This document shows, piece after piece, positions 24,419-32,262 of a stretch of DNA of 64,000 nt. The notes below the pieces were generated by a model. It did not search any database. It was not told where the DNA came from and saw only the letters and a list, made by a program, of their open reading frames with translations. Position numbers and translations under genes: made by a program. Location: NCBI GenBank assembly GCA_013285445.1, contig CP053448.1, forward strand, positions 2,523,530 through 2,587,529. The letters run 5' to 3'. This DNA comes from Pseudomonadota bacterium. Lineage in GTDB: Bacteria; Pseudomonadota; Gammaproteobacteria; Xanthomonadales; Wenzhouxiangellaceae. Numbering within the stretch: the first letter of the stretch is position 1; every line of letters starts with the position of its first letter.

Positions 24419-24796
24419 ATGAAGACTTATTCTCTGACCGCCTTGATGGCCCTGGCCCTCGTTGCCGCCTGCGCGACACTGCCACCGGATCCGACCGTGC
24501 TCGACAACGCACGCAGCGCCATCGCCCAGGCGGAGGCGGCCGGGGCGAACGAGTACGCGCCGCTGGAACTGCGCTTCGCCCATGATCGACTGGTGGCCGC
24601 CGAGCAGGCCCTTGGCGATGACCGGGAAGATGAAGCGCGCCGGCTGTCCGACCAGGCCGAGATCGAGGCCCAGCTGGCCCTGGCACGCACGCGGGCTGCG
24701 CTGGCACGGGCTGAACTGGCGCGCAAGGAGCGCGAAATCGAGCAGATCCGTGCCGATCTGGCCGAGGTGTTTGGCGAGGAGGTGCTGGACCGATGA
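24419..24796 (+). CDS. DUF4398-type lipoprotein
   Basis: Signal peptide with a lipobox (LALVAAC), then a helical region (AEAAGANEYAPLELRFAHDRLVAAEQAL) typical of DUF4398. Confidence 0.65.
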   Translation: MKTYSLTALMALALVAACATLPPDPTVLDNARSAIAQAEAAGANEYAPLELRFAHDRLVAAEQALGDDREDEARRLSDQAEIEAQLALARTRAALARAELARKEREIEQIRADLAEVFGEEVLDR

Positions 24797-25782
24797 CATG
24801 CAAAGCCTGCGTCATGACTGCCCTGGCCCTGGTGCTGACGGTCGCCGGCTGTGCCATGCAGCCGCCGCGCGACGACTCCGCACTTCGCAATCTGCGCGCT
24901 GATCTGCAGGAGTTCCGGTCCGATCAAACACTGTCGAGCCTCGTGCCGCTGGCGCTGGCGGAAGCAGAACGCGCGGTTCGCGCTGCTGGGCAGGACGATC
25001 TGCCCGAAAACGAGCGGACCCACCGAATCGAACTGGCCGCCAAGCGGATCGAAATCGCCCGCGCCGAAGCCTTTCGCGCTCAGGCGCTGGCGCGCATCGA
25101 CGAGATTGACGCACAGCGCACTCAGCTGCTGCTGCGCGCCAGCCGGCTCGAGGTCGAGCGGGCCAGGCGGGAAGCCGAACAGGCCCTGATGCTCAGCCAG
25201 GCTGCCCAGGAAGAGATCAGCCGCACGCGGCGCGAAGCCATGACGGCCGAGGAGCTGCGCGAGGAAGCAGCAAGGCGCGAGCAGCAGGCACGCGAGGAAG
25301 CCCAGGCGGCACGCCGGCTGGCCGAGGCCCAGGCCAGCGAAATCGAACTGGCGCGGCGGGAAGCGGAACTCGCCAGCGAAACGGCCGAGTCGTTGCGCCG
25401 GCGATTGGAGTACCTTGAACTACGCGAGACCGACCGTGGCGTGGTGGTCACGCTCGGCGATGTCCTGTTTGCCAGCGGAGAAACCACGCTGCAGCCGGAG
25501 GCTCAAGAGAATCTTGAAGATGTCGTGGAACTGCTGCAGACCGAACCCGACAAGGCGATCCGGATCGAAGGACACACCGACTCCACCGGCTCGGCCCAGT
25601 CGAACATGCGCATTTCCAGACTGCGTGCCGAAGCCGTGCGTGACGCCCTGGTCAGGCTGGGGATCAGCGCCGACCGCATCCAGGCCATCGGCATGGGCGA
25701 GGACTTCCCCATCGCCAGCAACGAAACGGCCGAGGGGCGCAGCCGCAATCGTCGTGTCGATGTCATCGTGCTGAATGACTGA
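24793..25782 (+). CDS. OmpA-family lipoprotein (DUF4398-like N-terminus, charged coiled coil, OmpA_C peptidoglycan-binding domain)
   Basis: The start is coupled to the upstream stop (ATGA at 24793-24796). It has a lipobox (LTVAGC). The C-terminus is VTLGDVLFASGETTLQPEA...IEGHTDSTGS...N..LS..RA..V...L.......GMGEDFPIASNET.EGRSRNRRVDV. Confidence 0.8.
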   Translation: MTCKACVMTALALVLTVAGCAMQPPRDDSALRNLRADLQEFRSDQTLSSLVPLALAEAERAVRAAGQDDLPENERTHRIELAAKRIEIARAEAFRAQALARIDEIDAQRTQLLLRASRLEVERARREAEQALMLSQAAQEEISRTRREAMTAEELREEAARREQQAREEAQAARRLAEAQASEIELARREAELASETAESLRRRLEYLELRETDRGVVVTLGDVLFASGETTLQPEAQENLEDVVELLQTEPDKAIRIEGHTDSTGSAQSNMRISRLRAEAVRDALVRLGISADRIQAIGMGEDFPIASNETAEGRSRNRRVDVIVLND

Positions 25783-26022
25783 CTGCGATCCGGGCACTTG
25801 AAGTTGCCACCGCTTGGCGCTATAACTACCAGTGTCATGGTGAGCCATTCGAGTGAACCACTCGCCTCTTCAGGCGGCCACAGGACGGGCCATGCACACC
25901 ACGTCCTGATGCCCAGAACCCCTCCCGACTTCTCCTACGGGCCGCCCCGGTGCGGGCGGTCTCTTCTCTCGGCGTCGCCTGCGTCGCCGTCTCATCAGGT
26001 CTCACGCAACAGGAGTCTGCCC

Positions 26023-26241
26023 ATGTTTGAAAACCGCAAGGATCAAATGGAAATCCTGCTCAAGAACAACGAGGAATTCCGCCGCATCTACAACCATCAT
26101 CAGCAGCTCGAAAAGCGGGTACTGGCGGCGGAAACCGGTACCGCCCCGATGGAAGACCTGGCACTCAGGCAGCTCAAACGAGAAAAGCTCCGGGCCAAGG
26201 ACCAGCTCGCCCGAATCATGGATCAGTCGCAGGCCGCCTGA
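26023..26241 (+). CDS. DUF465 (YdcH-like) small protein
   Basis: 72 aa from the ATG at 26023: MFENRKDQMEILLKNNEEFRRIYNHHQQLEKRV... The listed ORF upstream of 26023 has no SD and is not protein-like. Confidence 0.65.
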   Translation: MFENRKDQMEILLKNNEEFRRIYNHHQQLEKRVLAAETGTAPMEDLALRQLKREKLRAKDQLARIMDQSQAA

Positions 26242-26264
26242 TCCGTCACACTCCGACTTTTTGC

Positions 26265-26289
26265 GGCCCGGCGGGAACGCCGCCGGGCC
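26265..26289 (+). terminator. GC-rich hairpin after the DUF465 gene (possible terminator; no U-tract)
   Basis: GGCCCGGCGG-gaacg-CCGCCGGGCC forms a perfect 10-bp stem. A T-run precedes it rather than following it, so it is not a canonical intrinsic terminator. Confidence 0.3.
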
Positions 26290-26392
26290 TGACCCTAACC
26301 TGCCCGAACTCTCAACACAGCGTGCCCGCGGTTGCTCAAAGGCCGCGACTCAGATATCGTGGCGGGCTGAAATCCGCGACGACACACTGCCC

Positions 26393-27766
26393 ATGACACA
26401 CTACCGCAGCGCGCTCGAACTGATTGGCAGCACGCCGATCGTACGCGTCAACCGACTCGATACCGGGCCGTGCAGCCTGTACCTCAAGCTGGAAAGCCAG
26501 AACCCGGCCGGCTCGATCAAGGATCGCATTGCCCTGAAGATGATCGAGGAGGCCGAGCGACGCGGTGACCTCAAGCCCGGCGCGACTATTGTCGAGGGCA
26601 CCGCCGGAAACACCGGTCTGGGGCTGGCACTGGTGGCCGCGCAGAAGGGCTATCGGCTGATTCTGGTCATTCCCGACAAGATGAGCCGTGAGAAGATTTC
26701 CAATGTCAAGGCAATGGGTGCCGAGGTCATCCTGACGCGTTCGGATGTCGGCAAGGGACACCCGGAGTACTACCAGGATCTGGCGGCGCATATCGCCGAG
26801 ACGACCGAGAACAGCTACTTCATCAACCAGTTCGGCAATTCCGACAACCCACTGGCCCACGAAACCATGACCGGACCGGAGATTCTCGAGCAGATGGGCC
26901 ATGCCCTTGATGCAATGATTGTCGGCGTGGGCTCGTCCGGCACGATTACCGGCCTGTCGCGCCATTTTGCCGAAGCCGCGCCCGATCTGGAGCTCGTGCT
27001 GGCCGATCCAGAGGGCTCGATCCTGGCCGACTATATCGCAACCGGCAAGGTCCGCGACGATGCCGGTGGCTGGCTGGTCGAGGGCATCGGCGAGGATTTC
27101 CTGCCGTCGATCAGCGACTTCTCGCGCGTGGGCAAGGCCTACTCGATCTCCGACCGGGAAAGCTTCCTGACCGCACGCGAACTGCTCAGGAGCGAAGGCA
27201 TTCTCGGCGGTTCATCAACCGGGACGCTGGTCGCCGCCGCCCTGCGCTACTGCCGCGAGCAGACCCGCCCCAAGACGGTGCTGACGTTCGTGTGCGATAC
27301 CGGCAACAAGTATCTGTCTAAAATGTACAACGACTACTGGATGCGGGAGCAGGGGTTTCTGGAGGTCGACAAGCATGGCGACCTGCGCGACCTGATTGCC
27401 CGCCCGGTTGCAACCCACGACGCCATTACGGTGGGGCCGGACGAGCCGCTATCGAACGCCTACAAGCGAATGAAGCTCTACGATGTCTCGCAGCTGCCGG
27501 TCGTCGAAGGCAAGCGCATTGTGGGCATCATCGACGAGTCCGATCTGCTGATGGCCGTCTACAATCAGGAGGAACGCTTTGCCGAGCCGATCTCCTCGGC
27601 CATGGTAAGCGAGCTGGAGTCGGTCCAGGTCAGCGCCGGTATCGACGAGCTGCTGCCGATCTTCGAGCACGACCACGTTGCCATTGTCCTCGACGGCGAC
27701 GCATTTCTCGGCCTGATCACGCGCGTGGATCTGCTCAATTACCTGCGGCGAAGGGCAGACCGTTAG
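26393..27766 (+). CDS. cystathionine beta-synthase (PLP domain + CBS-domain pair)
   Basis: ATG at 26393 gives MTHYRSALELIGSTPIVRVNRL, followed by the PLP-lysine motif NPAGSIKDR and GTAGNTG. A C-terminal tandem CBS region is present (VSQLPVVEGKRIVGIIDESDLL...). Confidence 0.85.
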   Translation: MTHYRSALELIGSTPIVRVNRLDTGPCSLYLKLESQNPAGSIKDRIALKMIEEAERRGDLKPGATIVEGTAGNTGLGLALVAAQKGYRLILVIPDKMSREKISNVKAMGAEVILTRSDVGKGHPEYYQDLAAHIAETTENSYFINQFGNSDNPLAHETMTGPEILEQMGHALDAMIVGVGSSGTITGLSRHFAEAAPDLELVLADPEGSILADYIATGKVRDDAGGWLVEGIGEDFLPSISDFSRVGKAYSISDRESFLTARELLRSEGILGGSSTGTLVAAALRYCREQTRPKTVLTFVCDTGNKYLSKMYNDYWMREQGFLEVDKHGDLRDLIARPVATHDAITVGPDEPLSNAYKRMKLYDVSQLPVVEGKRIVGIIDESDLLMAVYNQEERFAEPISSAMVSELESVQVSAGIDELLPIFEHDHVAIVLDGDAFLGLITRVDLLNYLRRRADR

Positions 27767-27847
27767 TCGTCCGTCGGGGATGCGACCCCGACCTGGTCGG
27801 GTCTTGACGGCCCGTTAAGACAACGAATCAACGAACGAGCCAAGCAC

Positions 27848-28996
27848 ATGAGCAAACTCGCCACACGAGTTATCCACGCCGGCCAGGCGCCGGATCCATC
27901 GACCGGGGCCATCATGACCCCGATCTACCAGACCTCCACCTACGTGCAGAAGAGCCCGGGTGATCACCAGGGCTACGAATACTCACGCACGCACAATCCG
28001 ACGCGCAAGGCCTGGGAAGACTGTATTGCCGACCTCGAAGGCGGCTCACACGGCTTCGCGTTCGCCTCGGGCATGGCCGCGGTCGACAGCCTGATGCATC
28101 TGCTCCAGCCCGGTGACGAAGTGGTTGCCATGCACGATCTCTATGGCGGCACCTGGCGCTTGTTCGAACGCGTGCGCCGGCAATCATCCGGGCTGGAGTT
28201 CAAGTTCGTCGATCTGACCGACACCGATGCCGCCCGCGCCACCCTCTCGACCAGGACGCGCATGATCTGGGTGGAAACGCCGACCAACCCGATGCTACAG
28301 ATCGTCGATATCGCGGCCATGGCTGAACTGGCGCGTGCTTCCAATGCCTGGCTGGTGGTCGACAACACCTTTGCAACGCCGATGCTGCAGCAGCCCATCG
28401 ATCTGGGTGCCGATATCGTGCTGCACTCGGTGACCAAGTACCTCAACGGCCATTCGGACATGGTCGGCGGCGCCTTGGTGGTCAACGACGAAGCGCTTGC
28501 CGCGAAAATTGCCTTCATCCAGAATTCGGCCGGCGGCGTTCAGGGGCCGTTCGACAGCTTCCTGGTCATGCGCGGGGTCAAGACCCTGGCGCTGCGCATG
28601 CACGCGCACTGCAGCAATGCAGCGCGCATCGCCGACTGGCTGAGCGAGCATCCCGAGGTTGCGGCGGTGATCTATCCGGGCCTGGACACGCATCCCCAAA
28701 AGCAGCTGGCGACAACGCAGATGAGCGGGTACGGCGGGATGGTGAGTTTCGACATCGGGGGTGATCTGGAGCGTGCCCGACGTTTCCTGGAGAACACCCG
28801 CCTGTTCGCGCTGGCCGAGTCACTGGGCGGCGTCGAATCGCTGGTGAACCATCCGGCAATCATGACTCACGGCTCACTGCCCAGACAGCGACGCGAGCAA
28901 CTCGGCATCACCGACACGCTGATCCGGCTGTCGGTAGGCATCGAGCACATCGACGATCTTATCGACGACCTGTCGACCGCACTCGACCGGGCCTGA
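27848..28996 (+). CDS. cystathionine gamma-lyase / Cys-Met-metabolism PLP enzyme
   Basis: 382 aa with YSRTHNPT, the PLP-lysine context HSVTKYLNGHSD, and C-terminal LAESLGGVESL..HPA.MTH. It is paired with CBS, giving reverse transsulfuration. Confidence 0.85.
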   Translation: MSKLATRVIHAGQAPDPSTGAIMTPIYQTSTYVQKSPGDHQGYEYSRTHNPTRKAWEDCIADLEGGSHGFAFASGMAAVDSLMHLLQPGDEVVAMHDLYGGTWRLFERVRRQSSGLEFKFVDLTDTDAARATLSTRTRMIWVETPTNPMLQIVDIAAMAELARASNAWLVVDNTFATPMLQQPIDLGADIVLHSVTKYLNGHSDMVGGALVVNDEALAAKIAFIQNSAGGVQGPFDSFLVMRGVKTLALRMHAHCSNAARIADWLSEHPEVAAVIYPGLDTHPQKQLATTQMSGYGGMVSFDIGGDLERARRFLENTRLFALAESLGGVESLVNHPAIMTHGSLPRQRREQLGITDTLIRLSVGIEHIDDLIDDLSTALDRA

Positions 28997-29020
28997 ACCG
29001 ACAACCTGCTGGTCAAACGA

Positions 29021-29416
29021 ATGCAATTCCGCCTCAAAGCCGCTTCCGGCCCGCACACCGGGCAGACCTTCCCGCTGGAGCAGGACACTTCCATCGGCTC
29101 GGCCGACGACGCCGACATCCGTCTCGACGACCTGATGGGGCGTCATCTGCGCATCGTCTACGACGGCGATACCCTGATGCTCGAGCCGGCCGGCAAGGTC
29201 TGGGTCAACGGTGAACCGGTCCAGCGCCGGCCGCTGAAATCGGGCGACGAGATTCGCGTCGGCGAACACCGGTTCGTGCTGCAGGCACCGGGACTGCGGC
29301 CGCCCAGCGTTCTCAGGGATGCCGGGCCGCATCGGCAGCGCAGGGGCGTGTGGATCTCACTGGCCTTGATCATCGCCGGCGCGCTGGCAGCCGCGGCGTA
29401 TTTCTACTGGCTGTGA
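29021..29416 (+). CDS. FHA-domain protein with a C-terminal membrane anchor
   Basis: FHA core: GQTFPLEQDTSIGSADDADIRLDD..GRHLRIVYDGDTLMLE...VWVNGEPV...LKSGDEIRVGEHRFVL. The C-terminal TM segment is VWISLALIIAGALAAAAYFYWL. Confidence 0.7.
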   Translation: MQFRLKAASGPHTGQTFPLEQDTSIGSADDADIRLDDLMGRHLRIVYDGDTLMLEPAGKVWVNGEPVQRRPLKSGDEIRVGEHRFVLQAPGLRPPSVLRDAGPHRQRRGVWISLALIIAGALAAAAYFYWL

Positions 29417-30426
29417 TCCGTCTGATAATCGACCAATTCGCGCAGCACCGAGGTGGCATAACTGCCGGTATGCAGCGAAAAGGCCAGCTGCAGAGTCGAG
29501 TCGTCGGGAAACGACCATTCAAGCCCCGCAACGCGCATGCGCAGCGCTCTTCGCTCCTGGCGCATACCGAACCGGGCCAGACCCTCGACCAGCTCCCGGT
29601 GGGCCTCGAACTGACGGTTTTCGAGAGCAGCGGCCGCTTCCCCGGCCGGGCTGTCACCGGCACCGGCCAGCGCCCCGCTGGGGTGGATATCGAGTTCGTC
29701 AACCCGGCGACGCTGTTCAGGGTCGTTTGCATCGGCGCGAAAGAATGATCGCGAGCCGTCGAGTACCGCCAGGTCTCCTGGAATCAGCTCGTTCCAGCTG
29801 CCCTGTTCAATCCGTTCAGCCAGTATCCGGTTGAAGATCAGCGAGCGCGCTGCCGACAGATAGAATCCGCGCTTGGATCCGGACGGCTTGCGGCGCAGCG
29901 CACCGCGAAACAGCGCATAGGCACGGGCAACGTTGTTGCCGCCGAATCGCTGCTCGCCAAAGCCGTTGGGCACGCCATCGTCCGCGATCCGGACGAGCCG
30001 TTCCTCAATGCGATCACGCGCCCCCGACACGGCGCGAACGACCAGCTCGAAGCGGTTGCCGATCAGCCTGCCGCGCTGAATCTTGCGGAGACAGCGCCGA
30101 CCTTCGAGAATGCGCACGCCGGGAATGTCCCAGCCGCTCCAGTCCGGGTCGGCTTGTCCGGGCAGGTGAATGGAAAAATACTGGCGGGTGACGGCGCGGC
30201 GATCCTTGAGGCCGGCGAAACCGATCCGGCGCGGATGAACCTGGGCGCAGCGCGCCAGGTCGACAGCGACATCAACAGTGTTGCGCTCCCGTTTCTCCAC
30301 CCACAGCCACAGATGCTCGCCGCTTCCGTCCGGCTCATGGCCCAGCTCCTCGATCACCCGGAAGTCCTCCGGCGACTGCCGGATGACTCCGCGGGTGACC
30401 GGCTCTCCCCAGGCATACGGGGTCAC
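29404..30426 (-). CDS. truD: tRNA pseudouridine(13) synthase
   Basis: GTG at 30426. Motifs: PEDFRVIEELGHEPDGSGEHLWLWVEKR, catalytic-Asp motif FAGLKDRRAVTRQYFS, NGFGEQRFG. Confidence 0.9.
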   Translation of the reverse strand: MTPYAWGEPVTRGVIRQSPEDFRVIEELGHEPDGSGEHLWLWVEKRERNTVDVAVDLARCAQVHPRRIGFAGLKDRRAVTRQYFSIHLPGQADPDWSGWDIPGVRILEGRRCLRKIQRGRLIGNRFELVVRAVSGARDRIEERLVRIADDGVPNGFGEQRFGGNNVARAYALFRGALRRKPSGSKRGFYLSAARSLIFNRILAERIEQGSWNELIPGDLAVLDGSRSFFRADANDPEQRRRVDELDIHPSGALAGAGDSPAGEAAAALENRQFEAHRELVEGLARFGMRQERRALRMRVAGLEWSFPDDSTLQLAFSLHTGSYATSVLRELVDYQTDHSQ

Positions 30427-30462
30427 CTCGTCGCAACCAGTCCGAGCACGGCAGCCACGGGC

Positions 30463-30891
30463 CTATTCCGTGACCTTGTACAGAATGACGCGGTAGGGCA
30501 CTGCCTCGTCGGAGCGGTCATAGCGGGCGCGGATCTCGTAGGTCTTTCCTGCCTCCAGCTCGAGTTCGATCTCGTTGTAACTGTCGGGGCGCCGGTGCTC
30601 GCGATGACCGCTGAACTGCGGCGGTCTCCGGCTATGGGCCGCATCGATCAGCACCTTGATCGTGTACGATCCCGGCTTGAGCCACATCTCCGAGCGGGGA
30701 AAGATGTTGCGGCCGTCGATCTCGATGAAGCGGACACCGAATATTTCCTTGCCGGCCTTGCCAAGCACGCCGCTGATATGTGCAGCATGCGGGCCCGGCG
30801 TGGTCGTCGGCAGCATCACTTGCGCAGCGGCCGTTGCCGAAACCGCGAGTATCACCAGCCCGAACATGATTTGCCTGGTCAGTCGTTTCAT
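30463..30891 (-). CDS. small exported or membrane-anchored protein, function unknown (candidate partner of the upstream regulator)
   Basis: ATG at 30891 lies 8 nt after GAGGAG (the listed GTG at 30900 is less likely). It has an N-terminal signal/anchor (MKRLTRQIMFGLVILAVSATAAAQV). The remainder is beta-strand-like (KPGSYTIKVLID..., ELELEAGKTYEIRARY). Confidence 0.5.
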   Translation of the reverse strand: MKRLTRQIMFGLVILAVSATAAAQVMLPTTTPGPHAAHISGVLGKAGKEIFGVRFIEIDGRNIFPRSEMWLKPGSYTIKVLIDAAHSRRPPQFSGHREHRRPDSYNEIELELEAGKTYEIRARYDRSDEAVPYRVILYKVTE

Positions 30892-30906
30892 CTTGCGCAC
30901 TCCTCA

Positions 30907-30995
30907 ATTTCAGTTCAGTCGAGCACAGTGTGCCCCCGCCACTGCGCTGAAATCCATGGACCGGGAACGGAATTTTCCTGAAATCCCGCTGAAAG
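30907..30995 (-). promoter_or_regulatory. CTGAAAT repeat cluster upstream of the small exported-protein gene
   Basis: Plus-strand CTGAAAT at 30947-30953 and 30978-30984 and CTGAAAG at 30989-30995 (the last two 11 bp apart). An inverted copy ATTTCAG lies at 30907-30913 next to the SD. Confidence 0.45.
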
Positions 30996-30998
30996 CCT

Positions 30999-31850
30999 TC
31001 ACAAACGGGCTGCCAGCTCCGGCCAGGCCGCAGCCAGATCACCGACCAGCGCTTCGGCCACCTCCCGAATCGGCAGCGCCTCGCCCGACCAGCTGCCGGC
31101 ACTGCCCCAGAGCAGTCGCCCGCGGGGCATCTGCAGCAGCCGGGCGCTGACCTGCCACTGCCCGTCGAGATGGGTCACGGTCCCCTCCATGATGAGATTG
31201 ACATCAAGGTCCCTGGCGACCGCTTCAGCCACATCTTCTCGCCCCCGGTAGGGTCTCAGGGCAACCCGTCCCAGCAGTTCCAGTCCCTCCAGCTCGACTT
31301 CCCAAAGATCTGCCAGGATGGTATCGGGCAGAAGCAGCTCGACGCGCCCACCTTGTGCAGGTGCCCCAAAGCGCTCGAAAGGCAGAATCGCCAGCGTTGG
31401 CGCGTTCACCGATGACGCGGGACGCAGCAGCCAGAACGCGCCGACCGAGGCCAGGATCAGAATCATGACCAGAGCAAGCACCAGGCCCGGACGAGTGAAT
31501 TCGAACCAGCGCTCCCCCGAGCCTGGGCGGTGCGTGTCTACCGTCGGGCGAAAGCGATAACCGCGCCGCGGCACCGTCTCGATGAACTCGGCGCTGGCCC
31601 CGACCTCTTCGAACGCCTGGCGCAACTCACGGATCAGTGCGGCCAGACCTGATTCGAAATCGACCACTGTCCCCGTGTTCCAGACTGCCGCGCACAGCGT
31701 CTCACGGGCCAGCACCTCGCCCGGATGTTCGAGAAAACACTCGAGCAGGCGCCCGGCCTGCGGCCGCAGCGTGACTTCCCTGCCATCCGACGGCCCGGTC
31801 AGTCGCCCGTCACTGGCATCGAAGCGGCAGTCATCGAATCGGTAGGTCAA
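30999..31850 (-). CDS. membrane-tethered winged-helix (OmpR/PhoB-type, CadC/ToxR-like) transcriptional regulator
   Basis: TTG start at 31850. The wHTH is YRFDDCRFDASDGRLTG...VTLRPQAGRLLECFLEHPGEVLARETL..AVW...VDFESGLAALIRELRQAF......IETVPRRGYRF. One TM helix (LVLALVMILILASVGAFWLL) precedes a ~135-aa periplasmic domain starting LAILPFERF. Confidence 0.7.
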   Translation of the reverse strand: MTYRFDDCRFDASDGRLTGPSDGREVTLRPQAGRLLECFLEHPGEVLARETLCAAVWNTGTVVDFESGLAALIRELRQAFEEVGASAEFIETVPRRGYRFRPTVDTHRPGSGERWFEFTRPGLVLALVMILILASVGAFWLLRPASSVNAPTLAILPFERFGAPAQGGRVELLLPDTILADLWEVELEGLELLGRVALRPYRGREDVAEAVARDLDVNLIMEGTVTHLDGQWQVSARLLQMPRGRLLWGSAGSWSGEALPIREVAEALVGDLAAAWPELAARL

Positions 31851-31942
31851 ACACCTGGCCCCGGAATCAGTTACGGCATGGCGAAGAGATCATCGAGTCA
31901 ACAGAATCCGATGAAACCCGCTGCGGTAGCAAGCCTCGCTGC

Positions 31943-31981
31943 CTGAAATCTCTCTGAAATCGTCCTGATAGGCCATTTCAG
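31943..31981 (-). promoter_or_regulatory. phased CTGAAAT direct repeats upstream of the regulator gene
   Basis: CTGAAAT at 31943, CTGAAAT at 31954 and CTGATAG at 31965, exactly 11 bp apart. An inverted ATTTCAG lies at 31975-31981, overlapping the ftsB stop. Confidence 0.45.
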
Positions 31982-32262
31982 GGCTCGGGATCGACCTCTT
32001 CGGGGTCGACGATCAGGTAGAACTCCTCGTCTTCGCGAATCAGCCCGAGTTCGGACCGAGCCCGTTCCTCGATCGCTTCCAGGCCGGCACGCAGGTCCTC
32101 GACCTCGGCGGCCAGTGCTTCATTGCGCTGTTCGAGGGCCTTGTTTTCGGCGAGCTGCTGCTCGACCATCTCGCGCAGCGCGCGCACCTCGCGCACCTCC
32201 TGCCACAGGCGCAATTGCAGCAGGATCAGCACTACGGCCAGCACGATCAGGATGATGCGCAT
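31978..32262 (-). CDS. ftsB: cell division protein FtsB (septum formation initiator)
   Basis: 94 aa with an N-terminal TM segment (IILIVLAVVLILLQ), a leucine-zipper-like coiled coil, and EERARSELGLIREDEEFY. Confidence 0.8.
   Translation of the reverse strand: MRIILIVLAVVLILLQLRLWQEVREVRALREMVEQQLAENKALEQRNEALAAEVEDLRAGLEAIEERARSELGLIREDEEFYLIVDPEEVDPEP

Noticed and set aside
23760-24890. 376-aa minus-strand ORF
   Set aside because: It is antisense to maiA and the DUF4398/OmpA genes, and its Arg/Pro-rich composition is typical of off-frame GC-rich sequence.
25798-26392. Long ORFs 25798-26241 and 26027-27766 as annotated lengths
   Set aside because: Their conserved parts begin at 26023 (DUF465) and 26393 (CBS, MTHYRSALELIGSTPIV). 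The upstream portions overlap each other or the hairpin-rich leader and are not protein-like.
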